In this document: piece after piece, positions 40,722-53,440 of the stretch
Numbering within the stretch: position 1 is the stretch's first letter
How the letters are laid out: each line of letters starts with the position of its first letter
Source: Eledone cirrhosa
Taxonomy: Eukaryota
Length of the DNA stretch: 64,000 bases
Direction of reading: 5' to 3'
NCBI GenBank assembly: GCA_964016885.1
Contig: OZ024751.1
Span: 16,244,001 to 16,308,000, forward strand
Translations under genes and position numbers: made by a program
The notes under the pieces: model-generated
Databases searched by the model: none
What the model was told of the DNA's origin: nothing
Seen by the model: the letters and a program-made list of their open reading frames with translations, nothing else

Positions 40722-40892
40722 GGAGGTGAGTTTTATTGTAGTACAATAAAACAATGCAGATATCGGATAAGAAGCACTCTACAGTTTGTAGGACTGGAGT
40801 ATAAATAATATATAAGATCAAAAGATGGTTAAAAGATTTCCATGTATTTTATATATAAAATACATGGAACTCTTTTAACCATCTTTTGATCT

Positions 40893-40896
<4 letters not shown>
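40718..40896. mobile_element. FB-B fold-back copy whose two arms both begin at the HHR cleavage site
   Basis: Centre CATGTATTTTAT-AT-ATAAAATACATG (40841-40865). Confidence 0.8.
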
Positions 40897-40933
<37 letters not shown>

Positions 40934-40971
40934 TATATATATATTTACATATATATATATATACTTATATA

Positions 40972-41117
<146 letters not shown>

Positions 41118-41368
41118 GGAATTTATATCTAGTAACATCTATATACACACAGATGCATATCAATGCTAGCAAACATATAGGTTTTGTCTTATTAACAATG
41201 TGGTAATGTGGTTCAATGCATGGGGTTGCAGAACGACGGAATGATTTTCTATAAGTTTCTTCGGAAAATTATAGAAAATATATATACATATAAATATACA
41301 CACATGTGTGTGTGTATATTTATATGTATATACATATATATGTTCATTGTTCAAAATACACATTATCG

Positions 41369-41554
41369 TGGATTGGCAGTATCGGTAGAGAGTCGGACGC
41401 CATGCTTTGACGCAAAGAGTTATGGCCCTTTCCATTCTGAGTTCAAATCCCGCCGAGTTTAACTTTGCCTTTCATCCTTACGGGGTTGATAAAATAAAGT
41501 ACCAGTAATACACTGGAATAATTGCTGGCCTTGTGCCAAAAGTAGCAACAATTA
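41369..41554 (+). mobile_element. SINE-M
   Basis: Match to 5374-5557. Confidence 0.85.
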
Positions 41555-41633
41555 TATTATATATATACATATATATATAATATACGTATGTATATATATA
41601 TGAATGTACGTATGTATGTACGTAGATATATAT

Positions 41634-41685
<52 letters not shown>

Positions 41686-41688
41686 GTG

Positions 41689-41744
<56 letters not shown>

Positions 41745-41783
41745 CGTGTGAGTGTGTGTGTGTTTGTAAGTATACATACATAT

Positions 41784-41832
<49 letters not shown>

Positions 41833-42171
41833 TGTGTGTGTGTATCTATCTACATAAATATTATGATTATAAAATCGTGGAGCAGTGTTTTTGAAATGTT
41901 ATTCTTTCTTTTTGTGCGGAGTGATTATTTCTGCTCTTTCAATTTTATTCTGAAACAACGAGGAAATTGTTCTACAATGTACAAACAAAAGAAATAAGGA
42001 CCAAATACATATATAAATAAAAACGAAAGTTCTGTATTATAGTTATGGTTATTAAATCCGATTTAGACGACCAATGTCCACGCGTGTATCGCGATAACTG
42101 TTCAGTCATAATGAATTTACATATTCAATCTACATACAAGTTTCAAAAGAAAAAAAATATTTCTAAAGAAT

Positions 42172-43293
42172 TTACACGTAAGTTGTACAGCTTTCGTTGT
42201 TTATTCGTCCATTTCCCGTTACCATGGAATATTGCCCCTGGGAGGGATTGTTCAGTGCCCGGAATACTTTATTGGGAAAGTAAGACATGAATGCTTTGCG
42301 AAATTGTGGACCGGTCAAGCAATACACAAAGAAGTAGCAGGAATAATGTGAGAAACAAAGTCCCTCAATACACCGACGGGCTATCATAAAAGTGAAAAAG
42401 CTACTCCATTGAGGATCCTCTCGTATTTCAGAATCAGATAGATATCCATCACCAGGTCGTCCGTAATTTGTGGCTATCACGAACACTAATGTGACCGGAA
42501 GGGTTGTGAAAATCAAATAGAAGGAGACTGAAAGTAAAGTCACGGTGGATGCTGCATTATTACTACTAGACGAGGTTTGGTGAGGTAGTTGTATTGCGTT
42601 GGCCTTTGTTATCTTGTGTATCTCACAAATGACAAGGATGTTGAAAATTAACACACAGATGGGCACAGCACCAAAAATAGACATTTCGCTCAACCAGTTC
42701 CATACCGCTGTGAAGCTGGAAGGTAACGCGTAGATATCCCTGTACGAGCACACTTTATGTACCTCATCATAGTACCAAATATAGATTTGCGCTGAAGCTA
42801 GAGAAGCGCTGAGAAATATTAATCCGCAAACTACATAGATTGCACGTTTTACTGTACAGAACCTTTCCTTATGAAATGGTTTACACACAGCAATCCATCT
42901 TTCTACTGTGAAACCGAGAACAATGAGCGGTGCCAAATATTGTGGAATCATGTATATAAAATTGTACAGTTCACAGATTCCAGTGTGAGCAACTATAGTT
43001 ATACCCCAGGCGAATTGAAGCTCATTGATGAAATGTAACCACAGAAATATGAAGTCTGTGACTGATAATGCTGCGAGATATATAGCCGAAGAATTATTGC
43101 GCCGAATACGATGGTTTAGCCATATGAATGCAGAAACTGGATTTGTGAAAAGACCAATGATGTACCAAACTGGATTGACATAGCGCTCAATATACATCGC
43201 TGTTGGACAGAATTCAAGGAAAAGTTCAATTGGCCAGGAATGGCGTTCGTAGACGCTTGTAGTGTTTCCTGATAAAGTCTCATTGTCGTTCAT
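42172..43293 (-). CDS. Class A (rhodopsin-family) GPCR, invertebrate peptide-receptor type (FMRFamide-receptor / GPR139-142-like orphan), 373 aa, single coding exon
   Basis: Seven hydrophobic segments, N-terminal N-glycosylation sites (NET, NTT), TM1 GLFTN, TM2 SSAIYLAALSVTD, TM3 Cys and FTVERWIAVCKPF, TM6 FTTLP, helix 8 GPQFRKAF. ATG to TAA is intact. Confidence 0.92.
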   Translation of the reverse strand: MNDNETLSGNTTSVYERHSWPIELFLEFCPTAMYIERYVNPVWYIIGLFTNPVSAFIWLNHRIRRNNSSAIYLAALSVTDFIFLWLHFINELQFAWGITIVAHTGICELYNFIYMIPQYLAPLIVLGFTVERWIAVCKPFHKERFCTVKRAIYVVCGLIFLSASLASAQIYIWYYDEVHKVCSYRDIYALPSSFTAVWNWLSEMSIFGAVPICVLIFNILVICEIHKITKANAIQLPHQTSSSSNNAASTVTLLSVSFYLIFTTLPVTLVFVIATNYGRPGDGYLSDSEIREDPQWSSFFTFMIARRCIEGLCFSHYSCYFFVYCLTGPQFRKAFMSYFPNKVFRALNNPSQGQYSMVTGNGRINNESCTTYV

Positions 43294-43864
43294 TGTAAAT
43301 TGTTGTTGCTGTTCTTATTAATGTTGCGGATCCAATTTTACTTGGTTTTCTGTAAAAAGAAATAATAATAATAATAATTATAATGATAATAATAATAATG
43401 ATTTCATTTATTAGCCACAAGGGCCGACATGTAGGGGACAATACAAAGACAGGGACAGTGGGGGTTTACAATAAGGTCGAGCAAAAGCGCACAATGGCAA
43501 GACTAATTTAGCAATGAAGATATAAAAAATATAAAATAAACTATATAAATAAACTAATGATAATAATAATAATAAAAAATTACTACTACTACTACTACTA
43601 ATAATAATAATGCTTTCTTTATTAACCACAAGGGTTTACATAAAGTAGACATTAGGGAGAGTACAGGACAATACAGGACGGTACAAATGGGCATTTCTGC
43701 GTGTAAAAAAAACAGAGGATGTAACAAAAAAATAACAATGAAAAATTCCCCAATACGGGGGAGACTTCCGAGGGACATTCGTGGAGAAAGCCCATTAAAT
43801 AATAATAATAATGGATGCAAATAGAAAATAATTATCAAAATTCAGGGAAAACCTTCGGTGTAGA

Positions 43865-43998
43865 GTTAGTTCAATAACAGATTAGCAAACCATAATCGAG
43901 GAGCTGCGTTTCAGTGAACGGATTTTCACAGCCATATATGGGATGAAAATCCGCTTGGTGAAACGCGTCCTCGAGTATGGTCTGCACACTTGTTGTGG

Positions 43999-44018
<20 letters not shown>
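43865..44018. mobile_element. Old imperfect fold-back with HHR 3' half GAAACGCGTC
   Basis: Axis CCATATATGG (~43937), arms decayed, ends in (TAAC)n then (TA)n. Confidence 0.55.
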
Positions 44019-44061
<43 letters not shown>

Positions 44062-44065
<4 letters not shown>

Positions 44066-44474
44066 GGAGGTGAGTTTTATTGTAGTACAATAAAGCAATG
44101 CAGATATCGGATAAGAAGCACTCTACAGTTTGTAGGACTGGAGTATACATAATATAAGATCAAAAGATGGTTAAAGGAGTTCCATGTATTTTATTATGCG
44201 CATTTCAAAAACAAACATCATCATGCAATAATATTTGTGTTTTCATCAGATAAAACAGAAGAACATGATATGAAGGCTAAAAACACTTGTGGATAGTGCA
44301 GTTTTAAATCAACATATGTTGATTTAAAACTGCACTATCCACAAGTGTTTTTAGCCTTCATATCATGTTCTTCTGTTTTATCTGATGAAAACACAAATAT
44401 TATTGCATGATGATGTTTGTTTTTGAAATGCGCATAATAAAATACATGGAACTCCTTTAACCATCTTTTGATCT

Positions 44475-44482
<8 letters not shown>
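44062..44482. mobile_element. FB-B perfect fold-back (axis 44315/44316) with intact HHRs at 44189-44255 (minus) and 44376-44442 (plus)
   Basis: ~165-bp perfect palindrome plus a ~88-bp tail on the left arm. Confidence 0.9.
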
Positions 44483-44513
<31 letters not shown>

Positions 44514-44515
44514 CA

Positions 44516-44812
44516 TGGGTAGAGTCGCTACTTCTCCGAATTGAGAGATCACAGCCCCGATGTTATTGGCATGTGGTTAGAATGTCTCAGGAAAGAATCA
44601 CTCGAGAAATGTTATGGGCTAAATCAACCGGCAAGAGGCCCGGGGGTAGACACCGTGCAGGATGGTTGGATAGCATACATGACCTTGCCTGATCATCCTT
44701 GAGTATCCAGCCAAATCAGTTGAAGACTGTTGCTTCTGACAGGATCTGGTGAAAGGAGTGTTTGGGGACTCTGCCCGCAACCCTATCAGGAATAAGTGGG
44801 CAGAGAAGAATA
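44516..44812 (+). pseudogene. RTE-clade (Expander/Rex3-like) LINE 3' fragment
   Basis: VESLLLRIERSQPRCYWHVVRMSQERITREMLWAKSTGKRPGGRHRAGW resembles the RTE C-terminus. (AAT)n follows. Confidence 0.75.
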
Positions 44813-44817
44813 AGAAA

Positions 44818-44940
<123 letters not shown>

Positions 44941-45621
44941 GAATAATCGAGTATCGGAAAATCAGCTCACGAATTAACGATAAACAATATCCGATATGAG
45001 TGGCAGAGGGCTCAATAATTTGGATAAATCAGAGCTATAACTATCGTTAAAATACCAACACATAAAGATTATGCCTAAAATCACCCGTGCAGCCGAAAAA
45101 GAACGACCAGGAAGATTCGGGTCACTCAAATAAAATATCAATAAATCAATAATTTAAATGAATGTAAAAAACTTACTCGGACCCGCTAGAAGGGTGTTAA
45201 ATCTAGCTTCTTGGGTTTCTGCAATCGCATAATGAAAAATCTGCGTCAACGTAGCTTAACTTAAGCTAACATATATTCAAAATTCATAATTTGCTCAATG
45301 CTTCGAAAATTCGATTAATTGTTTATATCTACTAAATACCGTGACGCTTTGCCCACTCACCCTCTCACAAATAAATACATAATATGAACTCACCATATTA
45401 GCACAGATTCATACATCCACGTCACCGGATGCCTCCACCATTTTAAATGTATTTTTATATATACAATTGCTATTTCAATTGATGTTTGATGAATCAGTGT
45501 AGAGTCGTCTGGAATAAGTTACTCGGGTATTGATCTCCACTGACTTCTGTTGACATCCGTTTATTTCCCTATCAGATATACACACAATTCCTGCAAATAT
45601 ACATAAAATAATAATAAAAAT

Positions 45622-47124
45622 AATTGTTTCTACTTTAGGCACAAGGCCAGCAATTTGAAGGGGAGGGGAAAGTCGATTAAATCGACCTCAGTGCATTACT
45701 GGTGCTTTATTTTATCGACTCCGTAAGGATGTAAGGCAAAGCTGACCTCGATGGAATTTGAACTCAGAACGTAAAGGGCCACCACTCCATGATGCAAAGC
45801 ATATTGTTCGACGCTCTACCGATACTACCAATCCATCGCCCTAATACTAATATTAATAATGATAATGATTTCTGATTTAGGCAATAGGCCAACAATTTGG
45901 GGACAGTGTAAATTCAATTAAATCGTGCCCAGTGCATTACTGGTACTTTATTCTATCGACACCGTAAGGATGAAAAGTAAAGCTAACCTTGTGGGGATTA
46001 ATAATAATAATGGTTTCTTATATAGGCACAAGGCCAGCAATTTGGGGGGAGGTGGAAAGTCGATTAAATCGACCCAGTACGTTACTGGTACTTTGTTTTA
46101 TCGACCACGTAAGGATGAAAGGCAAAGTTAATCCGGCTGGATTTTAACACCAAACATAAAGGGCCATAACTATATGTTGCAAAGCATGGTCTCTGACGCT
46201 CTACCGATACTGCCAAACAAGTAATAATTGTTTCTAATTTTGGCACAAGACCAGCAATTACCCAGTACATTACTGGTACTTTATTTTATCGACCCCGTAA
46301 GGATGAAAGGAATAATGATTTCAATCATAGGCACAACGTTAGCAATTTGAGGGAAGCGGAAAATGCCTTACTTTCCCGACACATTATAATGTGTCGGGAA
46401 AGTAAGGCATTTTCCGCTTCCCTCAAATTATTAATTTAATAATTATTTTATTGACCCTGGAAGGAGACAACACAACACCCGAACTTGGAATTGAACTTAC
46501 GGCCTAACGATTGTAATTCCAACGCTTTAACCACTAAACCCTGCTCTTCAGTAGATTATTTTATAAACTGGAAATAACAATAAAGTTATTTAAACTGACA
46601 TTACTACGTTGACACATTACATGAGTTTCCAGGCGAACAATTCGTCTATATCGTATTTTAAAGATTTCTAAAACTAAAGTCTCTTCATTGTTGACATGTT
46701 ATTATTAGAGGGCAGTGAATTGGCAGTATCGGTAGAGGGCCGGACGCCATGCTTTGCAGCATAGAGTTACGGCCCTTTATGATCTGAGTTCAAATCCTGC
46801 CGGGGTTAACTTTGCCTTTCATCCTTTCAGGGTCGATAAAATAAAGTACCAGTCACGCACTGGGGTCGATTTAATCGACTTTACCCTCCCCCAAAATTGC
46901 TGGCCTTGTGCCTATATAAGAAACAATTATTAGAGGGCATTGAATTGGCAGTATCGGTAGAGGGTTGGACGCCATGCTTTCTAGCATAGTTACGTCCTTT
47001 TACGGTCTGAGTTCAAATCCCGCCAAGGTTAACTTTGCCTCTCATCCTTACGGGGTCAATAAAATAAAGTACCAGTACTGTACTGGTGAATTGCCGGCCT
47101 TGTGCCAAAAGTAGAAACAATTAT
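45622..47124. mobile_element. Dense SINE-M cluster (at least four minus and two plus copies)
   Basis: Repeated SINE-M core and tail motifs. Confidence 0.85.
46344..46429. repeat. Perfect 86-bp palindrome inside a SINE-like fragment
   Basis: AATTTGAGGGAAGCGG...ACATTATAATGT...CCGCTTCCCTCAAATT. Confidence 0.9.
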
Positions 47125-47681
47125 TAGAGTATAACACGTAACACTTGATGGAGTCGTAGCAGCGCCGCCATGACATACGGCGTATCTAAAGGAATTTCAT
47201 ACCTGGGTGTAACACAGATAAAGAGAAAAAACGTGAGAAACGGGAAGGGGGGTGAGATAGAAAGTGAAACGGAAAGGTCAGAGATGAAGAGAAAGAGAAA
47301 AAAGAGAGAGGGGGAGGATGGAAAGAGCAATAGAAAACAAAAGATGAAGAGAAAAAGAGAGAGAAGAAGAGAGATAGAGAGAAAGAGTGTGAAAAAAGAG
47401 AGAGAGGGGAATAATTGTTTCCATTACTGGTACTTTATTTATCGATTGCGAAAGGTTGAAAGGCAAAGTTGACCTCAGCGAGATTTGGACACAGAGCGTA
47501 GCAAAGCAGAACAAATAACTGAAGCATTTTTAATCCCTCGATGCTCTAACGACTCTACCAGTTCACTGTGCATTTAACTCTATAAACATCTAGAAATTAC
47601 GTTTTCCCTGGAAAGAAATAAAAGAATATGATGAAAAACAAACTTTAAATACTAGTAGCCATACATACATACATACATACA

Positions 47682-47711
<30 letters not shown>

Positions 47712-47712
<1 letters not shown>

Positions 47713-48112
47713 GGTGGCTGCCAACTCGTTTTCGAGTACGGCCACTACTTTATATCCATGTAGGAGAATCCCTACCGATCCGCTGAACGAGTGTTACTTT
47801 TTAGTCCAGCCAGTGACTTGAAAACTCTGGTACAAACACTACACCTGTAACAATTATTGACACATAGTGCTGGGCCCATGGTACCATGTGACGACAAGTG
47901 CAGAGAGATCTCCAGATATAAAGCAATGCCTGTGCCGTGAAGCTTTTATAGTGAGCAAAGGCACTGCACAAAGCCAGTCCCACTCTCTTAACCAAAATGA
48001 TATTTACCAAAAAGAATAACAAGTCAACATCATTGGATACCATCAGGGTTGCAGGTGTTATATCAGAGTTTTCCTTCTCCTAGAATTCTGCCTTAACAAA
48101 GGCTAAGGGGTC
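47712..48112 (-). mobile_element. ~410-bp non-autonomous RTE-related element (family T), flanked by (TACA)n
   Basis: Reverse complement of 56113-56520. Confidence 0.8.
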
Positions 48113-48152
48113 ATACATACATACATACATATAAATATATATATGAATATAC

Positions 48153-48196
<44 letters not shown>

Positions 48197-48397
48197 ATAT
48201 ATATATATATATATATAACAAAAATACAAATGCTGATGTTACATAATTCGTTTAATCTTTATAATTCCACGCTTTCGAGAAGTCTTTCATGCATTTGTTG
48301 TTGTTATGAGAACCGTTTCCTCAGATAAAATCCGATTTAGTGATATGCTGCCGGCAGGAAAAAACACACGTTCTTCTGCTCGTTTGTCCAGCAGACA

Positions 48398-48780
48398 TCT
48401 ATACTATAAAGCTGACGGCCGTATGTAAATAACAAACTTTCCGTCAAGCGGCTGGAACAAACGGCACCAAATTTGCACCATAGATGTAATTTTTTCCAAG
48501 TAAGAAAGTGAGGGTATTTTTGTCTACTGAATTTTGTTAAAAGATTAAAGACATTATTTAAATATTCACTTCTTTAAAATTTCAAAATCTCAACACTTCC
48601 GGTTATACGACATTCCTAACGTCTTCCGAACAAAAGTATAATCTTCCTGTTTTCTTTAGGTTGCAACTTTTTCGAAATATTTACTTCTGCGTTCACAGAT
48701 TGATTTTTTTTTAGTTTCAGAAGATCCCGTTAAGGGTGAAAGCAGCGATTCTTTGCTCAAACTTTAATCTGTTATTTTAA

Positions 48781-48857
<77 letters not shown>

Positions 48858-49961
48858 GTGTACAGATATTTTTGCATACACAAACAAAATATAAACAAAC
48901 GTATTTATTTCACGAAATCACAGCAGACGGCTTATCGTCATTGTTAATGCCGATATGCCACCCAAAATGTCGTAGCCTGGCCGCAATATAAGATTTTCCA
49001 GAAGAAAAAATGTTACTTGAGCAACGGTGAGACTAAGCTTCGTGATTACCATCAACAAATCTCAGGGTCAAACCCTAAATGTGACTGGCCTTCATCTGGG
49101 AAAATCATGGTCAATTGTATGTAGGATGCTCTATGGTGAGCTCGCCAAACAATCTCTTCATCTTTGCTCCCGTGAGCCGAACAAAAAAATATTGTATACT
49201 CTGAGGCTCTAACAATGTAATTTATGTACTGTTACTTGGAATTTCCATTATGGTTGTACACATTATTGTAAAGTTTGTTAACAAATGTGTTCTCTGTTCA
49301 ACCTTTATTGTTGTAACTATCAATTTTCTTTAACGTACTGGCTGAGAAAAGAAATCTACAATGAAAGAACATCTTAAAGTCTACCCAAGCCAAATGTTGT
49401 ATTTATTAACATTTCTATCTGCCTGCAGGTTCTTAGCAAGCTTACTGGCGCTTTAGTATGGTATTCAATTCTCATATCGTTTTTGATTGATATGGTGCAT
49501 ATATCGCAGCTATTCATATGTTTTAAACATTAGATAACGATTGCTGATGTTTATTGTACGACAGAATTAGCTGAAAAATATTTTTAATGAACAAATAAAA
49601 GAGATATAAAAGAAGGATGTTTGTTGGTTGGTTCCTTCGTGTATCACTCGAAAAAAAAAACGAAGTGACAAGCGGAAAGTATGTACAGTATTAGGATAAG
49701 AGTATATCCAGGAAAGATTATTGATACTAATTTTATAACACCAAAGAAGAAGAAAGACATACCACATATGCTAATCAACCTGACTGCTATTTCTAGCAGG
49801 TTGGGAATCAACCATAAGGGATTCTCTCTCGAGTTCGTTGTCAGTGATGATCGTGTTTCGCGGCCTATGTCTCTGATTCCTACGGTGGTTTACACACACA
49901 CACACACGCGCGCACACACACACTCACACTCACACAGACACACACACACATATATATACAT

Positions 49962-49996
<35 letters not shown>

Positions 49997-50133
49997 CAAA
50001 CACACAGAAACATACATACACACAATACACACACACTGTAAAGAAGACAATGCATTGAATGCAGACGTTTTCTCTTTTCATGTGTTCTCTTATCATTTGT
50101 TAACCCTGGCGAAGCTGGGTACCTCACAGCTAG
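48398..50133 (+). mobile_element. Complete non-autonomous Helitron with a relic Pif1-helicase segment (~49027-49100)
   Basis: 5' A|TCTATACTATAAAG. 3' hairpin-like CCCTGGCGAAGCTGGG then CTAG|T. Internal peptide VRLSFVITINKSQGQTLNVTGLHL matches the RepHel helicase TINKSQGQ motif. Confidence 0.8.
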
Positions 50134-50164
<31 letters not shown>

Positions 50165-50354
50165 GCATGTGAATGTATATATAAATATATATCACCGTTA
50201 ATCGTGATAGCAGCGATTCTTTGCTTAAACTTTAATCTGTTATTTTAATAATTATATATATATATACGGAATAACAGGTTATCGTTATAGGCAGTCCACT
50301 TATATGTAGTCCAGCCCTTATTGTATAGCGAACCATGTCACTCTTCTTTCTTGA

Positions 50355-50456
<102 letters not shown>

Positions 50457-50584
50457 ATACTAATAAATTTGAAGACTAAAATCCAAAGAGGGCTCGATAA
50501 GGATAAATATATACCAAATATATAAGTACCGTAGAGCAAATATTTATTAAATCTGTTATTTTAATAAATATATATATAAAATAT

Positions 50585-50636
<52 letters not shown>

Positions 50637-50641
<5 letters not shown>

Positions 50642-51062
50642 TAAGAGGAATTCCAAAACTTTGTCTGATTTACTCGTTTTATTTACAATTCTTTAAAATT
50701 TATAATGGTATTATAATGAAATAGTATGATAGAATATTAAATTCTAAGTGTTAATTGAACAAGTACTTTCATGCTTTCGCAATCTTCAGGTTCATAATAT
50801 GGGGTGACAGTCAAGTTTGCAATTTTCACAGTTGAAAATTGCAAACTTGACTGTCACCACATATTATGAACCTGAAGATTGCGAAAGCATGAAAGTACTT
50901 GTTCAATTAACACTTAGAATTTAATATTCTATCATACTATTTCATTATAATACCATTATAAATTTTAAAGAATTGTAAATAAAACGAGTAAATCAGACAA
51001 AGTTGGAATTCCTCTTATTAATATAATCTTCTATACACAATCATACACACCCGTGTATATTT
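50637..51062. mobile_element. Fold-back family FB-J (axis ~50830, ~190-bp arms)
   Basis: Near-perfect inverted repeat between microsatellites. Confidence 0.85.
50867..50905 (+). ncRNA. Minimal type I hammerhead (mirror copy at 50756-50794, minus)
   Basis: TGAAC CTGAAGA TTGC-GAAA-GCAT GAAA GTAC TT GTTCA. Confidence 0.85.
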
Positions 51063-51071
51063 ATCTATCTA

Positions 51072-51197
<126 letters not shown>

Positions 51198-51499
51198 GTG
51201 TGTGTGCGTGTATATACAGAACCGAATATCAGAAAGAAAAGTGGGAAAGAACCAAGCAAAGAATTAAAATAAGATGAGAAATATAGGTGTTACTTGATTA
51301 AGTTGAAATACAGTATATAAAAACATTCGAAAATCTGTATGTGCTGCGTGGTCGTAAATGTCATTCTTTGTAACATAAATTACGTAGCAATAACACGATT
51401 TCAACACTTTCAAGTGCATATCGTAAAAAAATGTGAAAATCGTATGACATGTATTCATAAATATATGTTAGAAGCAATATAATATAATATAATCTAATA

Positions 51500-51860
51500 T
51501 AATTGTTTCTACTTTAGGCACAAGGCCAGCAATTACCCAGTGCATTACTGGTACTTTATTTTATCGACCCCGTAAGGATGAAAGGCAAAGTCAACCTCGG
51601 CGGGATTTGAACTCAGATCGTAAAGGGACGTAACTATGCTGGAAAGCATGGCGTCCGACCCTCTACCGATACTGCCAATCCACCAATATAATATAATATA
51701 ATCTAATATAATTGTTTCTACTTTAGGCACAAGGCCAGCAATTAACCAGTACATTACTGGTACTTTATTTTATCGACCCCGTCGACCCCGTAAGGATGAA
51801 AGGCAAAGTTAACCTCGGCGGGATTTGAAGTCAGACTGTAAAGGGACGTAACTATGCTGG
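51500..51860 (-). mobile_element. Two tandem SINE-M copies
   Basis: Reverse-complement match. Both are preceded by AATATAATCTAATAT. Confidence 0.85.
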
Positions 51861-51864
51861 ATAA

Positions 51865-52215
51865 TATCATCAGCATCCGGCGGCTTCAGCCGAAACGGAC
51901 TGAACAATTGATTTCCACCTGGGTTCCTCCGTTCATTGCCATTGCCAAGTCCTGGATTTTAATACCAGAATCTCTGGAGATGACGTCGGGGCAAGATGGC
52001 AGGGGCCAGCAAATCTTACTCTTATTTTACGTACAACGACAGATATGCGTGGGAGGCCGGCATATATCGGGCTCAAAGGCAGATGTCGCCAGCGTATGTT
52101 CTAAATGCGTTCAAGCAAGCGAGTGGAGGTGCTTTTGTTGTTTGGATGAAAGCATCCATGTTTCACTTCCATATAGCAAGATTGGTTGAATTGTTACTTG
52201 GAAGAGTCTGCTCTT
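51865..52215 (-). pseudogene. Decayed RTE LINE 3' fragment
   Basis: Minus-strand PILLYGSETWMLS and IYAGLPRISVVVRKIRVRFAGPC, ending in TGATGAT. Confidence 0.65.
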
Positions 52216-52446
52216 GGTGTGTTGAAAATATTTATATAATATAAGGTGTTTATGTATACTGACTCGTAATTCCTGGCGGAGTCGGAACGGTTGCGGTTGT
52301 GATATGTATACTGCGTTTCTGGACTATTTGAAATCTGGCGGAGCCCCACCACATTTCGACATCGAACAGAGCCGATTTCCTCCAGAAAACGAGAAAGAAA
52401 GGTTAGAGTGAGTGAGTGAGAGAGAGGGGTATATATATATATATAT

Positions 52447-52814
52447 AAAAGGAAAAAAGATGAAATCGAAAATGCAACTAGAGTCTTTTTTTTTTTAAAT
52501 ATATATTTTTTTTGGTTCCTTTACAGGTCTCGCAGTTTTTCTGCTTTTCAAAAGTAGAATTGAGATGGAAGGGCTGTGGTTTTTCTCACATCTCATGTGA
52601 GATGTTTTCTCACAACTGGGAGAAAAACCACAGACCCTCCATCTCAATTCTACTTTTGAAAAGCACCAGAACTGCGAAACCGGTAAAGGAACCAAATAAA
52701 TATATATTTAAAAAAAAAGACTCCAGTTGCATTTTCGATTTCATCTTTTTTCCTTATACTTTCACTCGTGTAGGACACCTCGATTATTTTTCATTTTGTA
52801 AAATAAAACCTCAC

Positions 52815-52820
<6 letters not shown>
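52447..52820. mobile_element. FB-F fold-back copy
   Basis: Homologous to 3650-3985, with UUGAAAA core and GAAACCGGTA. Confidence 0.8.
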
Positions 52821-52847
<27 letters not shown>

Positions 52848-52856
52848 GATATATAC

Positions 52857-53237
52857 TTGGTGTTGCATCCGTATGCGGTAGGGCGTAGGAGCACTGTGAG
52901 CCGTATGAGCACAGTATATCACAGAAAAAAAGAGAATCAGTGTTGCGACGAATGGCATTTATTGGACATATTACGATCGTTTCTCTGGCGACCAGCTCGA
53001 GGCACGATCGATGTGATGATAGAACCTGACTCAGAAAATCGCAAGGTCCTCAGATACCACTTGATTATACGAAGCAGATTTTCCCATTTTCATAGAATCA
53101 AGACGTATCTGAGGAACTTGCGATTTTCAGAGTCAGGTTCGATCATCACATCGATCGTGCCTCGAGCTGGAGAAACGATTGTAATATGTCCAATAAATTC
53201 CATTCGTTGCAACACTGATTCTCTTTTTTTTTCTGTG

Positions 53238-53240
<3 letters not shown>
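52857..53240. mobile_element. FB-G fold-back copy with HHR at 53103-53189 (plus)
   Basis: ACGTAT CTGAGGA (~56 nt) GAAAC GATT GTA ATATGT. The mirror arm has GAAAC GATC GTA. Confidence 0.8.
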
Positions 53241-53276
<36 letters not shown>

Positions 53277-53281
<5 letters not shown>

Positions 53282-53440
53282 ATTTAAAACTGCACTATCC
53301 ACAAGTGTTTTTAACCTTCATATCATATCCTCATATTTTATCTGATGAAAACACAAATGTTATTGCATGATGATATTTGTTTTTGAAATGCGCATAATAA
53401 AATACATGGAACTCATTTAACCATCTTTTGATCTTATATA
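53277..53440 (+). mobile_element. FB-B solo unit with intact HHR at 53336-53402
   Basis: Same unit boundaries as other FB-B copies, between TA tracts. Confidence 0.85.

Noticed and set aside
52512-53282. 256-aa ORF
   Set aside because: It runs across two unrelated fold-back elements and TA tracts, with no protein motifs.
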